Positions 28,819 to 38,019 of a stretch of DNA of 64,000 nucleotides are shown here, piece after piece; the first letter of the stretch is position 1, and each line of letters starts with the position of its first letter. The position numbers and the translations under genes are program-made. Origin of the DNA: Candidatus Bathyarchaeia archaeon (lineage in GTDB: Archaea; Thermoproteota; Bathyarchaeia; Bathyarchaeales; Bathycorpusculaceae); the NCBI GenBank assembly GCA_050012755.1, contig JBEKGO010000005.1, positions 12,543 to 76,542 on the forward strand, read 5' to 3'. The notes beneath the pieces are model-generated. The model ran no database searches. It had not been told where the DNA came from and saw only the letters and a program-made list of their open reading frames with translations.

Positions 28819-30912
28819 TTAGGGCTTATGGGTGACATTTTTTGGTTGATAAACGCACCATGGATCCTCAGTTAGATAATCGTTCTTTAATTCCGCAGGT
28901 TCATGGAGGTCGCCGCAGTAATCTATGAAGTCATTTGAAAGACCGTACGCTCGGGCTCGGCAGCCACCACATAAAGCGCGATATTCGCAAACGCCGCATT
29001 TGCCTTTAAGTGAATTAGGGTTTCTTAGGTCTTTGAAGACTTTTGAGTTGAACCATATTTCCTTGAAGCTTTTTTCCCGAATATTTCCGAGTTTAATTGG
29101 CAGGTAGGGACAAGGTGTTACATCTCCGTTTGGGTAAATCCGACAATAGTATAATCCAGCGATGCAACCACGAATCCACTGCCGCATATCTAAGCCCATG
29201 CCTTTTGCTATTCGCATAAACTGCGGTGCACAGGAGGGCCTAACGTTTAATCTGTGATTGACGGCTTTTGCAAATGTTTTTGTAATCATTTCTTCATATT
29301 TTACTGGCGAAATGTCGGTTAACTTGATTCCTCGTCCAGTTGGAACAAGAAAGAACAAGTGGAAATTTTCAACGCCTATATTTTCAGCCAATGACATTAC
29401 ATCATCTATTTGATCGTAATTCTGTTGCGTCAAGGTGGCGTTGACTTGAACAAGTACATTGTTTTTTCTCAACGCTTTGCAAGCTTCAACAGCTTTCTCC
29501 CATGCCCCGGCTACTCCTCTAAACTCGTCATGTTGTGCTGGAATATTGGAATCAAGACTAATTGATACAGTAGCTATTCCCGCTTCCTTTAATTTTCTTG
29601 CAGCAGCTTCATCAATGAGGCTTCCGTTGCTTCCAAGCCCCATTTTCAAGCCTTTCTTTGATCCGTAATTGATTAGTTCAAAAATGTCTGGTCGCAAAAG
29701 AGGTTCACCCCCGCTCAGAATTAGAAGTGGTGCGCTAACTTCGTAGATTTGATCTATGAGTTCTTTTGCTTCTTTTGTAGTTAATTCATTGTCAAGTTTT
29801 TTCTCTGTTGCGTTGATGTAGCAGTGAGAACATTTCATGTTGCATTCGCGTGTGACGTTCCAGGACATGACAAGAGGAACAAAACGTTCCGAAGCCTTTG
29901 CCATAGGTGAGTGTGCGAGTTTTAGGTAAAATTCGCAATTCTTATGCGTTGCTAATCGTTTCGGTTGCCAAAGTGTAAATGGAAAAGGAAGCACTGTGTC
30001 TAACATTGCTTTGGCATGAGCAAAACAGAAATGAGTGCAGAACAGCGAAGAAACTTCTGGAGTTACGCTGTATTTTTCCTGTGCATATGTGTGGCTTCCA
30101 AAAACTGGGCAATTCAAAAATTCCATGTGCCCATCTAGAGTGTCTGTTGTCATTGTGTAATTGATGAAGTGATCGCTTAACATAATTGATTGCAGTTTTT
30201 CCCGCCGCATACCAACTTTAAGCGTTACGTCAAGAGCTATGTTAACTGTTTCTTGACCAAATCTATCCTGGACCCTTTGCATTGCGTTCTCTAGGGTAGG
30301 CAGGTCCATGTTTTTTGCCAGTTCAGCCATGACTAGTAAACCCTTGAGTGTTTCGTATTCTTGAATTAAACGCATCTGTACAATCTGTTCTGTCCAGTCA
30401 AGAAACAGTTTTTTTAAAGTTGCAGACGCCTCAGAGTTTTTGTTGTTTAGCAGGTTTTCAACTGCTTTGTTACCTCTCGACAATTTTGTGAAAAGATTAA
30501 TTTTTTCCATTGTTCCTAAATGTGGAGTAAGGGCTATTTGCTGAAAATCGAAGCTAAGTGGCGCGATTCCTCCAATCAGGGCTTTTGCGTCAGATTCAAA
30601 ATCACTATAAATCTCTCTAAGCTTGGACGTCACATCGGGTAAGTCTGAATGCAACTCGTCAATTAGCATGCTTGCTTCAGACTCCATTTTTGTAACCATA
30701 GCCATATGATACAAAAGTGAGCCAGCCATGCTTGGATCGGCTTGTTTGCCACCGTCTACTCCAGTAAAAATTTGAGAAAACAAACTCTTTGCCAAATCAA
30801 AGTTTTTCTCTGTTATGGCGGTTAAGGTTTGATTGAGTTTTTGTTGTCTTAGAAGCAAGAGTTGCGCCCATTTATGGCAGTGTCCTGCGTCGAATTTTGT
30901 TACTCCATCCAC
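28819..30912 (-). CDS. Radical SAM/SPASM enzyme (AhbC/AhbD-like) fused to a 345-aa N-terminal region
   Basis: CNMKCSHC, SGGEPLLR, PSCAPQFMR, SPASM GCIAG...CPY...CGVCEYRALCGGCRARA; N-terminal Cys-containing V4R-like segment. Confidence 0.85.
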   Translation of the reverse strand: MDGVTKFDAGHCHKWAQLLLLRQQKLNQTLTAITEKNFDLAKSLFSQIFTGVDGGKQADPSMAGSLLYHMAMVTKMESEASMLIDELHSDLPDVTSKLREIYSDFESDAKALIGGIAPLSFDFQQIALTPHLGTMEKINLFTKLSRGNKAVENLLNNKNSEASATLKKLFLDWTEQIVQMRLIQEYETLKGLLVMAELAKNMDLPTLENAMQRVQDRFGQETVNIALDVTLKVGMRREKLQSIMLSDHFINYTMTTDTLDGHMEFLNCPVFGSHTYAQEKYSVTPEVSSLFCTHFCFAHAKAMLDTVLPFPFTLWQPKRLATHKNCEFYLKLAHSPMAKASERFVPLVMSWNVTRECNMKCSHCYINATEKKLDNELTTKEAKELIDQIYEVSAPLLILSGGEPLLRPDIFELINYGSKKGLKMGLGSNGSLIDEAAARKLKEAGIATVSISLDSNIPAQHDEFRGVAGAWEKAVEACKALRKNNVLVQVNATLTQQNYDQIDDVMSLAENIGVENFHLFFLVPTGRGIKLTDISPVKYEEMITKTFAKAVNHRLNVRPSCAPQFMRIAKGMGLDMRQWIRGCIAGLYYCRIYPNGDVTPCPYLPIKLGNIREKSFKEIWFNSKVFKDLRNPNSLKGKCGVCEYRALCGGCRARAYGLSNDFIDYCGDLHEPAELKNDYLTEDPWCVYQPKNVTHKP

Positions 30913-31052
30913 ATCCTTAAGACTGTAAGATTCGTTGATGAAGGTAAAAAAGGTTAACGGTGTGTATTCTGATTAATGATACGCCATCCTTAGTAGAGGT
31001 TTGTATTCGATAAACTAATTAACCTCTAAATTAACCATAAGCCAATTAATAG

Positions 31053-31349
31053 GTGAAAAATTTGAGTTTCGACTGGATCTATACTCTTATTGGCTTCTTA
31101 ATCATGCTAGGCTTGTTAGGCGGCATCGGAATAAACAAGCCTCGAGGAATGAGCGTCAAAATGTGGTGCGTCGGCTACTTGGCAGTTGCGTTAGGCTTCG
31201 ATATCCTTGTAGTTCTAGGATTAGTCGGAAACTACGCACCGCTTAACAATTTGCTCTTGGGGCTATCAGCGGGTGCGGCTACGGGGTTAGCTATACATGT
31301 GATGCACCACATAAATGAGGAAAATGTGAACCCAACTATAATGGGTTAA
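31053..31349 (+). CDS. Small membrane protein
   Basis: 98 aa; three hydrophobic segments. Confidence 0.65.
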   Translation: MKNLSFDWIYTLIGFLIMLGLLGGIGINKPRGMSVKMWCVGYLAVALGFDILVVLGLVGNYAPLNNLLLGLSAGAATGLAIHVMHHINEENVNPTIMG

Positions 31350-31477
31350 GCGAGATCTTTTCGTGAGTAACGGTACAGCCATTCAGTTTTTTGATTTTGT
31401 AAGGTTTAATGAAACTGGTGAAACTCAGTTATTGACGGTTTTTTTGCTGAGTGCTGAACTGACTGTTTTGGGTTGTA

Positions 31478-31511
31478 TTTTTGGTTTAGGGTTTGAATGA
31501 TTTGCAGGTTG
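31478..31511 (-). repeat. Conserved anchor motif
   Basis: Minus strand CAACCTGCAAA-TCATT-CAAACCCTAAACC-AAAAA (then TACAACCCAA). Confidence 0.9.
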
Positions 31512-31575
31512 AGTCAAAAAAAGTCTAAAAAAGTCGGAATTCGTCCAAAAAAGTCAAAATAAGTCAAAAAAAGTG
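31512..31575. repeat. 10-bp-phased AGTC array (7 positions)
   Basis: Plus-strand AGTC at 31512, 31522, 31532, (CGTC 31542), 31552, 31562, (AGTG 31572), with A-tract spacers. Confidence 0.9.
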
Positions 31576-31641
31576 AAGGAATAGAAATGATCTATTCTTT
31601 TGTTTTTTCTGCTATTTTTGTTATGTGTGTTTTGGATTGTT

Positions 31642-31675
31642 TCTTTGGTTTGGGGTTTGCAGCGTTTGCAGGTTG
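31642..31675 (-). repeat. Conserved anchor motif
   Basis: Minus strand CAACCTGCAAA-CGCTG-CAAACCCCAAACC-AAAGA (then AACAATCCAA). Confidence 0.9.
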
Positions 31676-31676
31676 C

Positions 31677-31750
31677 GACTAGATTTGACTATTTTTGACT
31701 TTTTATGTCTAGTTATGACTAGAACTGACTGTTTTTGACCCTTTTTGACT
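31677..31750. repeat. 10-bp-phased GACT array (8 positions)
   Basis: Plus-strand GACT at 31677, 31687, 31697, (GTCT 31707), 31717, 31727, (GACC 31737), 31747. Confidence 0.9.
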
Positions 31751-31885
31751 CCGCATAATCTTAGCTAAATTAATTGACACGGTAAGTTCATAGCTCCACT
31801 GCAAAAACAAAAAACAGTAAATAAAGCAAAAGCATAAGAGCCTAAGCATAAAAGCAGAACTTAAGAAACAGGTAACAAGATCAAA

Positions 31886-33460
31886 ATGAGCGCGCAAGAA
31901 AAACTCCAACAAGCAATCGAGGCTACAATCGCAGCGGGATACCAATTAGACAGCGAAGCTTTCGAATTCCTAAGCCAAAACTTAGACATCAATGACCCAG
32001 TTGACATAATGAATTCAGCCCTTCAGAAGCTTCAGGACCTCGAAGAAAAGCCGTTCTTCATCGACAGAGTTTTCTTAGAAACATTAGCGCAGCAGCTAAC
32101 CGCGTCAGTTATCGAAACACAAAATCAACATCAAGAGCAAAAGGCTTTTGAGCCACCTATTCAGCAGCAGATAAGCCAAATCATTACGGATGAGAACACC
32201 GCTTTTTACCCCTACGCCAGAGACATAAAATCATGCCTAACTATTCTGGAAGATGCAACCGGCAAACTAAGTTCGAACGGAACATTAGAAGAATATGTAC
32301 AGTATTTCCAAGATAGGTTCAAACGTATCGAACATTTGCTGAGGCAAAGAATTGACGTGAGAGCCGCAACATCCATACTTGAAGCGCTCAAATCCCCTCC
32401 AAAAACAAAGCTCAAAATTATTTGTATGATAACGGAAAAAAGAGAATCAAAAAACCAAATGATATTGTCAGTTGAGGATTTGCAAGGCAGCGCAACTGTT
32501 TTGGTTCCTCAAAAAGCGCAGGAAGAAGTCAAAAAAAGAGCCCTCCTTCTTTTGCCAGATCAAGTGGTCTGTTTGGCAGTGATAAAAACACGAACCAACC
32601 TTTTCCTAGCTGAAGACATTATCTTTCCAGAAATAGGCAAAAAACCTCAGCAGAGAGCCCAAGAACAAGTTTATGCTGTCTTAACTTCGGACCTTCACAT
32701 TGGCAGCAATAAGTTTGAAAAAGAAGCATTCAAGCGGTTCATATCATGGCTAAGGGGCAAATATGGAAACGAGGAAATGAAGGAAATAGCAGGAAGAGTA
32801 AAGTACGTTTTGATCGCCGGCGACATAGTTGATGGGGTTGGAATTTACCCTAACCAAGCAAAGGAATTATCTATTCGGGATGTTCATAAACAATATAATT
32901 TTGCAGCTAAATATCTGGAAAAAATTCCTGAGTACATAGAAATAGTGATTTCACCCGGGAATCATGATGCTTCACGTAAGGCTTTACCGCAGCCTGCAAT
33001 CCCAGAAGGCTATTTGACCGGAATTCAAGGGAAAAAAAATATTCATTCTGTTGGAAGCCCCTGCCTGTTGAGCCTGCATGGCGTGGAAGTTTTAATGTAT
33101 CATGGCCGAAGCTTGGATGACATAGTCGCGGTAATACCTGGAATGGATCAGGCTCACCCAGAAAAATCAATGAAACTGTTAATGCAAAGTCGGCATTTAG
33201 CGCCAGTTTACGGTGGAAAAACCATGTTATCGCCAGAGAACCGCGATTACTTAGTTATTGATAGAGTACCAGATATTTTTCACGCGGGCCATATCCACGT
33301 TTTGGGATACCTCAATTATCGTGGAGTGCTTGTTGTGAATTCAGGTGGCTGGCAAGCGCAGACTGATTACATGGAAAGATTAGGGTTGGTTCCTACCCCC
33401 GGAAAAGTGCCAGTAGTAAACCTGCAAACACTAGAAATAACTGTTCTTTCATTCATCTAA
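31886..33460 (+). CDS. polB: DNA polymerase D small subunit (DP1)
   Basis: YFQDRF, OB domain, SDLHIGS, AGDIVDGVGIYP, PGNHDA, HAGHIH, VNSGGWQAQT. Confidence 0.97.
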   Translation: MSAQEKLQQAIEATIAAGYQLDSEAFEFLSQNLDINDPVDIMNSALQKLQDLEEKPFFIDRVFLETLAQQLTASVIETQNQHQEQKAFEPPIQQQISQIITDENTAFYPYARDIKSCLTILEDATGKLSSNGTLEEYVQYFQDRFKRIEHLLRQRIDVRAATSILEALKSPPKTKLKIICMITEKRESKNQMILSVEDLQGSATVLVPQKAQEEVKKRALLLLPDQVVCLAVIKTRTNLFLAEDIIFPEIGKKPQQRAQEQVYAVLTSDLHIGSNKFEKEAFKRFISWLRGKYGNEEMKEIAGRVKYVLIAGDIVDGVGIYPNQAKELSIRDVHKQYNFAAKYLEKIPEYIEIVISPGNHDASRKALPQPAIPEGYLTGIQGKKNIHSVGSPCLLSLHGVEVLMYHGRSLDDIVAVIPGMDQAHPEKSMKLLMQSRHLAPVYGGKTMLSPENRDYLVIDRVPDIFHAGHIHVLGYLNYRGVLVVNSGGWQAQTDYMERLGLVPTPGKVPVVNLQTLEITVLSFI

Positions 33461-33490
33461 TGTGTTCTCAAGAAGCTGACCTATGCTGGG

Positions 33491-34717
33491 CTAGGTTTTT
33501 GTGTGAGTCTGTGGCGAATAGCAGATTAAACGGCTAAAGCGAGTATCGTCATTAAATACATCTCGGATCAAGCTTCTTGAGATTTCAAGTCTTATTTTTT
33601 TGGTTCTGCCGTATCTCCCCATGCTCACAACTTTGGCGTTAGCAAGTCCCATAGAATCCAACTCATTAATTAGAGTGCCCAATCGCCGTTGTGTCAGCAA
33701 CCCAGAACCCATCTCGCCGCATAATTCATTGTAAACATCGTATATTTCACCCGTTGTCGCGCTTGGTTTATTCAAGTGATAAACGCTGAGTAGAACCAAC
33801 TTAGAATGCAACGTTAAATTCTTTAGAGATTCCACTACACGATTATGTTCAATGTGTTTTTCTGCTTGACGCACATGCTCTTCCGTGACAACTTTGGCGC
33901 CTTGTCGTTCAGCCACTTCTCCAGCGACACGCAGCAAATCCAGAGCGCGCCTCGCATCACCATGCTCTGCAGCAGCCAAAGCCGAGCAAATGCTAAGTGC
34001 TGAATCAGACAAAACACCTTCTTGGAACGATAGTTTTGAGCGTTCAAGAAGAATATTTCGAAGTTCACCTGCATCATATGGCCTAAAAACCAATTCTTCC
34101 TCACTAAGAGAACTAAAAACTCTTGGATCCAAAAATTCCTTCAAACGTAGATCGTTTGATATCCCGATGATCGCGACTTTGCTTTTTGTTAAAGTTTCGT
34201 TTATCCTTGTTAATTCATACATGAAGGCATCGCCTTTATCTTTGATCAACGCATCAATTTCATCAAGAATTATGATGAAAATTATTCTGGTTGAATCTAG
34301 AGCAGTTCTAAACCTGTCGAAAACTTCACCAACTGATAATCCTGTAAAAGGTATTGGCATACCGATGTTTTGGCTTAGAGCTGCGAAAACCCGGTATTCT
34401 GAACCTGTCATTCGACAATTAATATAACAAAATTTTACTTGTGAACCGTACTCTTTTGCCTTTGATTCTAAATGACTTAAGACGTATTTTGTTACTGCTG
34501 TTTTCCCAGTACCGGTTTTTCCATAAATAAAAATGTTAGAGCATCGTGAATCTCTTAGGACTGGTGCCACAGTTTGTCCCAACAATTTTATTTGTTCTTC
34601 TCTGTGGGGTAGTTTCTCTGGAAGATAGTCGTGCCTTAGTACTTCTCTGTCTTTAAACAGCCGAACGCCATTTACGAAATTCTCAAAGACATCTTCTAAT
34701 ATGTTTTGATCCCCCAT
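33491..34717 (-). CDS. cdc6: Orc1/Cdc6 replication initiator
   Basis: YGKTGTGKT, LDEIDAL, LDPRVFSSL, HGDARRALDLLR, C-terminal wH with SMGRYGRTK. Confidence 0.97.
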   Translation of the reverse strand: MGDQNILEDVFENFVNGVRLFKDREVLRHDYLPEKLPHREEQIKLLGQTVAPVLRDSRCSNIFIYGKTGTGKTAVTKYVLSHLESKAKEYGSQVKFCYINCRMTGSEYRVFAALSQNIGMPIPFTGLSVGEVFDRFRTALDSTRIIFIIILDEIDALIKDKGDAFMYELTRINETLTKSKVAIIGISNDLRLKEFLDPRVFSSLSEEELVFRPYDAGELRNILLERSKLSFQEGVLSDSALSICSALAAAEHGDARRALDLLRVAGEVAERQGAKVVTEEHVRQAEKHIEHNRVVESLKNLTLHSKLVLLSVYHLNKPSATTGEIYDVYNELCGEMGSGLLTQRRLGTLINELDSMGLANAKVVSMGRYGRTKKIRLEISRSLIRDVFNDDTRFSRLICYSPQTHTKT

Positions 34718-34865
34718 GTGCTCATTCCATCCTTTTCAGAGGTAGAACCGTTATTTCGAGTGGAGAAGATAAAGGATGCAGTACAAAAAACTGGTTCTAT
34801 AGCACAATATTCTTTAAAAAACATGGAAAAATCAGATTACAACCAACTAAACAGAGAGCAAGCCA

Positions 34866-34887
34866 CACCCCAAAGCTTCTACTGGAA
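34866..34887 (-). promoter_or_regulatory. ORB element 1
   Basis: Minus strand TTCCAGTAGAAGCTTTGGGGTG resembles the TCCAGTGGAAAC + G-string consensus. Confidence 0.75.
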
Positions 34888-35052
34888 AAAAATAGCCAAC
34901 ATGAGAAAAGGCATTATATATTATTATTTAGTAACTATACTCTGAGTGTTAAGTGCATATATCATATATTAATAATTGCCATCCAAATTTTTAGATAAAA
35001 ATTCTGCAAATCTTTTTTTAAAGATTCCCCGACTTCTTTTTGCTCTTCAAAA

Positions 35053-35074
35053 CTCGAGAGGAAACATAGGGGTG
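35053..35074 (+). promoter_or_regulatory. ORB element 2
   Basis: CTCGAGAGGAAACATAGGGGTG. Confidence 0.7.
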
Positions 35075-35302
35075 CCTCTGCAGACATCAACGCCATGGTA
35101 AATAAGTGATAACTTAACCTTTTCTTTATCATGAGTGTTGACTTTTTTCGGGATCTGTTATCTTCAGAATTTTACAAGAGATTCTTTCTGATTTTCCATT
35201 CACAAAATTGTGAATACATGTGAAATAGCGTTAATTTTGCTGCTTAGTCACCTTCCTTTACTTCAGAATTACCTATTTCTTGTCAGTTTACTGTGAACAG
35301 CA

Positions 35303-35324
35303 CACCCCTCCGCTTCTACTGGAG
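35303..35324 (-). promoter_or_regulatory. ORB element 3
   Basis: Minus strand CTCCAGTAGAAGCGGAGGGGTG. Confidence 0.75.
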
Positions 35325-35516
35325 ATCTAGAACCAAACAAGAACTTTTGTTCTTTAGACAATCTGATTAAGTGTGAAGCTGGTAATGCCCAATAAAATGC
35401 AATACTCCCTCATTTTACCGAAACAAGCATTATGTTCATTTTTTAAGTTGTGCTGTTTCACCATAACAGCTATAAGTTGTGAAGTATAAAGCTGTGAACC
35501 CTAAGGTGCGCATCTA

Positions 35517-35948
35517 ATGCCAGCTCGTAAAATGCGTGTGGAGCTGTTCGATAGCGATGGTAATCGATATACTATTGCCTTCGAGGGTCAAGTAACCCGG
35601 GACAAAGCTCTGCGCCTTTTGGATCTTGTGGAGTTGTTGGGAGGTGCACCAAGCGAGGGGCCTACTGTAAATTCAGGTGCTGCCTTGCCCAGTCGTGTTC
35701 TTTCACGATTTGAAAAAGTTCAACTGGTAATTCAGAAGAGTTTTCCACTGGTTTGGTTTTCTTCAAGAGACATACAGTCGGTCTACGAGCAAGAGCTAAA
35801 AGAGCCTGTAGGTCTTAGTACGATTTCTACTTATCTTTCCAGGATGGCAGGCAAAGGTCTGCTTCTGAGAACTGGTGGATCAAATAATTTGAAATACAAA
35901 ACTGCGCCTAATATTCCTCAAGCCACTCTGAAGCAGCGGATAAAATAA
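35517..35948 (+). CDS. Origin-adjacent protein with C-terminal winged helix
   Basis: 143 aa; FSSRDIQSVYEQELKEPVGLSTISTYLSRMAGKGLL wHTH; small N-terminal alpha/beta domain. Confidence 0.85.
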   Translation: MPARKMRVELFDSDGNRYTIAFEGQVTRDKALRLLDLVELLGGAPSEGPTVNSGAALPSRVLSRFEKVQLVIQKSFPLVWFSSRDIQSVYEQELKEPVGLSTISTYLSRMAGKGLLLRTGGSNNLKYKTAPNIPQATLKQRIK

Positions 35949-35999
35949 AATTATTAACAGAATGATGCAAATGAATACATCTTATAATTGTTTTTCAAT

Positions 36000-36728
36000 T
36001 TATGTAGGTTGGCTGTTCTCAGGTTTCCTTAGCAGCTTTTCCATTTCTTTTTTAATACTGTAGCTGAAAGGTATTTTGCCTACTTCCCTCTCTAGGTAGC
36101 CTTCTTCATAGAGTTTCTTCATTAATCTGGCCGTGTGTTCTCTGCTAAGGCGGACTCTTTCTTTGATTTCGGGCGCTGTCTTGGGACCTTCTGAAGATAA
36201 CATTTCTAAAACTGAGATTTCTGTGTCGGTTAACGTAGCCATTGCTTTGTCCCGTCTGATTGGCATAACGGGTTCGATTCCAATCTCTGGGGCAGTAGTT
36301 AACTTTTTGATTTGGTCTTCGAAACCGGCAATCTTTATTTTTACTGTTTCCTGAGAGGCTGCTATATCTTTGATTTTCGACTCTAAACCAGTTAATCCTG
36401 AGACAATGTTTGTATTGCTCTGTGAATTAATCTGTGAAATGTTGGTAATTTGATTTTCCAAGGGGGATATTCTTTTATCTAATGTATCGACTTTTTTGAG
36501 GCTACTGTCTACCTTCGCTAAGTTTCCTTCTATTTTAAATGCTATTACGTCCAGTTTGTCGGCTTCGCGCTTTAGCTCTCGATCAAAACTGAGAACAATA
36601 TCTTCGACAATACTCTTAGCTTTCTCGTATTCTTTTTGTGCCTTGCGTACCTGTCTATAATATTCGACCGATGCCGCTACTGTGACAGCAAGCAAAACGC
36701 CTAAAAGCGCCGTTACAAAATCGACCGT
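36000..36728 (-). CDS. TM anchor - coiled coil - winged-helix protein
   Basis: Hydrophobic N-terminus VDFVTALLGVLLAVTVAASV, heptad region, LTDTEISVLEML...SREHTARLMKKLYEEGYL wHTH. ORF track starts at TTG 36695; the frame continues to ACG 36728 behind a GAGGGG SD. Confidence 0.85.
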   Translation of the reverse strand, partial: TVDFVTALLGVLLAVTVAASVEYYRQVRKAQKEYEKAKSIVEDIVLSFDRELKREADKLDVIAFKIEGNLAKVDSSLKKVDTLDKRISPLENQITNISQINSQSNTNIVSGLTGLESKIKDIAASQETVKIKIAGFEDQIKKLTTAPEIGIEPVMPIRRDKAMATLTDTEISVLEMLSSEGPKTAPEIKERVRLSREHTARLMKKLYEEGYLEREVGKIPFSYSIKKEMEKLLRKPENSQPT

Positions 36729-37024
36729 GATTTTCCCCTCTGTGATATGTTCGTGATTACACGTGATTTAGTCAGTTGCATCACACATCACAGTTATCCA
36801 TGGACTTTTTAAGGTTTGTGGTCATGTCAACGCATGTTAACTATGATGTCACACATCACATCAGATTTCTATCTTAAATAATAGTGCTAAATGTAATCAT
36901 GAAAACCCTTAATTCAGCTTATTTTGTCTTTTAAGGCTTATTCTGCGCCCTACAAACCATATCTATATGCCTCTCATCAGTGGCATTAGAAATCGTTCTT
37001 CTGTCTTGTGATTTGTGACATCAC
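36727..37024. promoter_or_regulatory. Cluster of TGTGAY/RTCACA motifs including a 17-bp inverted repeat
   Basis: GTGAT at 36727, 36742, 36753, 36763; TGATGTCACACATCACA at 36844-36860 is inverted at 37007-37023 with one mismatch. Confidence 0.6.
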
Positions 37025-37500
37025 AAGCCCTCTTCTGATGGACTAGAAAGGCGTTTTAGGCTTGTTTCAAGCTCCTGGCGTATGATTTCTATGACTTTTA
37101 GATGGTCTTTTAGCTCTTCTTCCTTCTCTGGTGTGTCTTGGTGTGCGTCGACATACTCGTGCAGTTTGTTGGCTATTTCTACATAGGGGTCAAGAGTTGT
37201 GCTATCAAACACTCCCAAATACCCTAGAAGTAGCACTGTATAAATCGATTTTATGACATTTTCCTTGGACTGTTTTAGTGTCCTATTGAAGGCTCCGCGG
37301 CTTATTTTAGCCTTAGTTAGCCGTAAGTTGGCTTTTTCATCGTACTTTAGCTGTTTGCCTGAGAAATTTTCAGCTAAAATGTCAATAAGTAGTGTTTCAA
37401 GCTGGGTTTTTGTTAATTGGCTGTTTTTAGCGAGTATCTTTGCAATGGGGTCGTTTAATGCTCCATTTAGCCAAGCTTGTACAGTGTCTTTTAGCTTCAA
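37021..37500 (-). CDS. Origin-linked HTH-like protein
   Basis: 159 aa; LTKTQLETL...ISRGAFNRTLKQSKENVIKSIYTVLLLGYLG. Confidence 0.8.
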   Translation of the reverse strand: MKLKDTVQAWLNGALNDPIAKILAKNSQLTKTQLETLLIDILAENFSGKQLKYDEKANLRLTKAKISRGAFNRTLKQSKENVIKSIYTVLLLGYLGVFDSTTLDPYVEIANKLHEYVDAHQDTPEKEEELKDHLKVIEIIRQELETSLKRLSSPSEEGL

Positions 37501-37900
37501 ATCTGTCGTTCCTCCGTATGTCTTAATGGATACGGTTTTGTATACTGTCTCATCTTTTTAAGGGTTATCCAAGCAAATCTTTTGCGTTTAGCCACTATTA
37601 ACTCATCAAATATGCCTTAAAATGCAAGAATAAGGCAAATGGGCAGATTTTATAGCATTTAACGCCTGATAAGACGCAATTAACAAATAGATGGCAATAT
37701 TATTGGACCTTTAGTTCGAAACTATTTATTAATTTTAAACAAACATTACAGTTCTAATCGTCTGTTCAAAGTTTTTCTTGTCTGTGTTTTAGCGGTTTTG
37801 CCTCTTTCTTTTTTCTGGAACACACTTATTTGGCATTGATCGCTTTAGCTCGGTCCACGATTCCGAATAATAAATCCAAGAAGATGGCTTAAGAGAGGCT

Positions 37901-37995
37901 TTGTGACGTCACCAGTCACGTTGAAATCACAGTGATTTGTCATGAAGCAGCCTTGATATCACAGCTTGTGATAAGGTTGTGATGCCTTTGTGATT
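37901..37995. promoter_or_regulatory. Second TGTGAY motif cluster
   Basis: GTGA at 37903, 37932, 37968, 37979, 37990 (last three 11 bp apart) plus TCAC copies. Confidence 0.55.
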
Positions 37996-38019
37996 CTAAT
38001 TCCTATCTGGTCTTGTCGC

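Larger units (their letters stand above)
34866..35324. other. Chromosomal replication origin (oriC) with ORB elements and AT-rich unwinding region
   Basis: Upstream of cdc6; three ORBs; AT-rich tract about 34890-35050 between the first two. Confidence 0.8.

Noticed and set aside
31709-31945. 78-aa minus-strand ORF
   Set aside because: Antisense to the DP1 start and A-rich leader; low-complexity shadow ORF.
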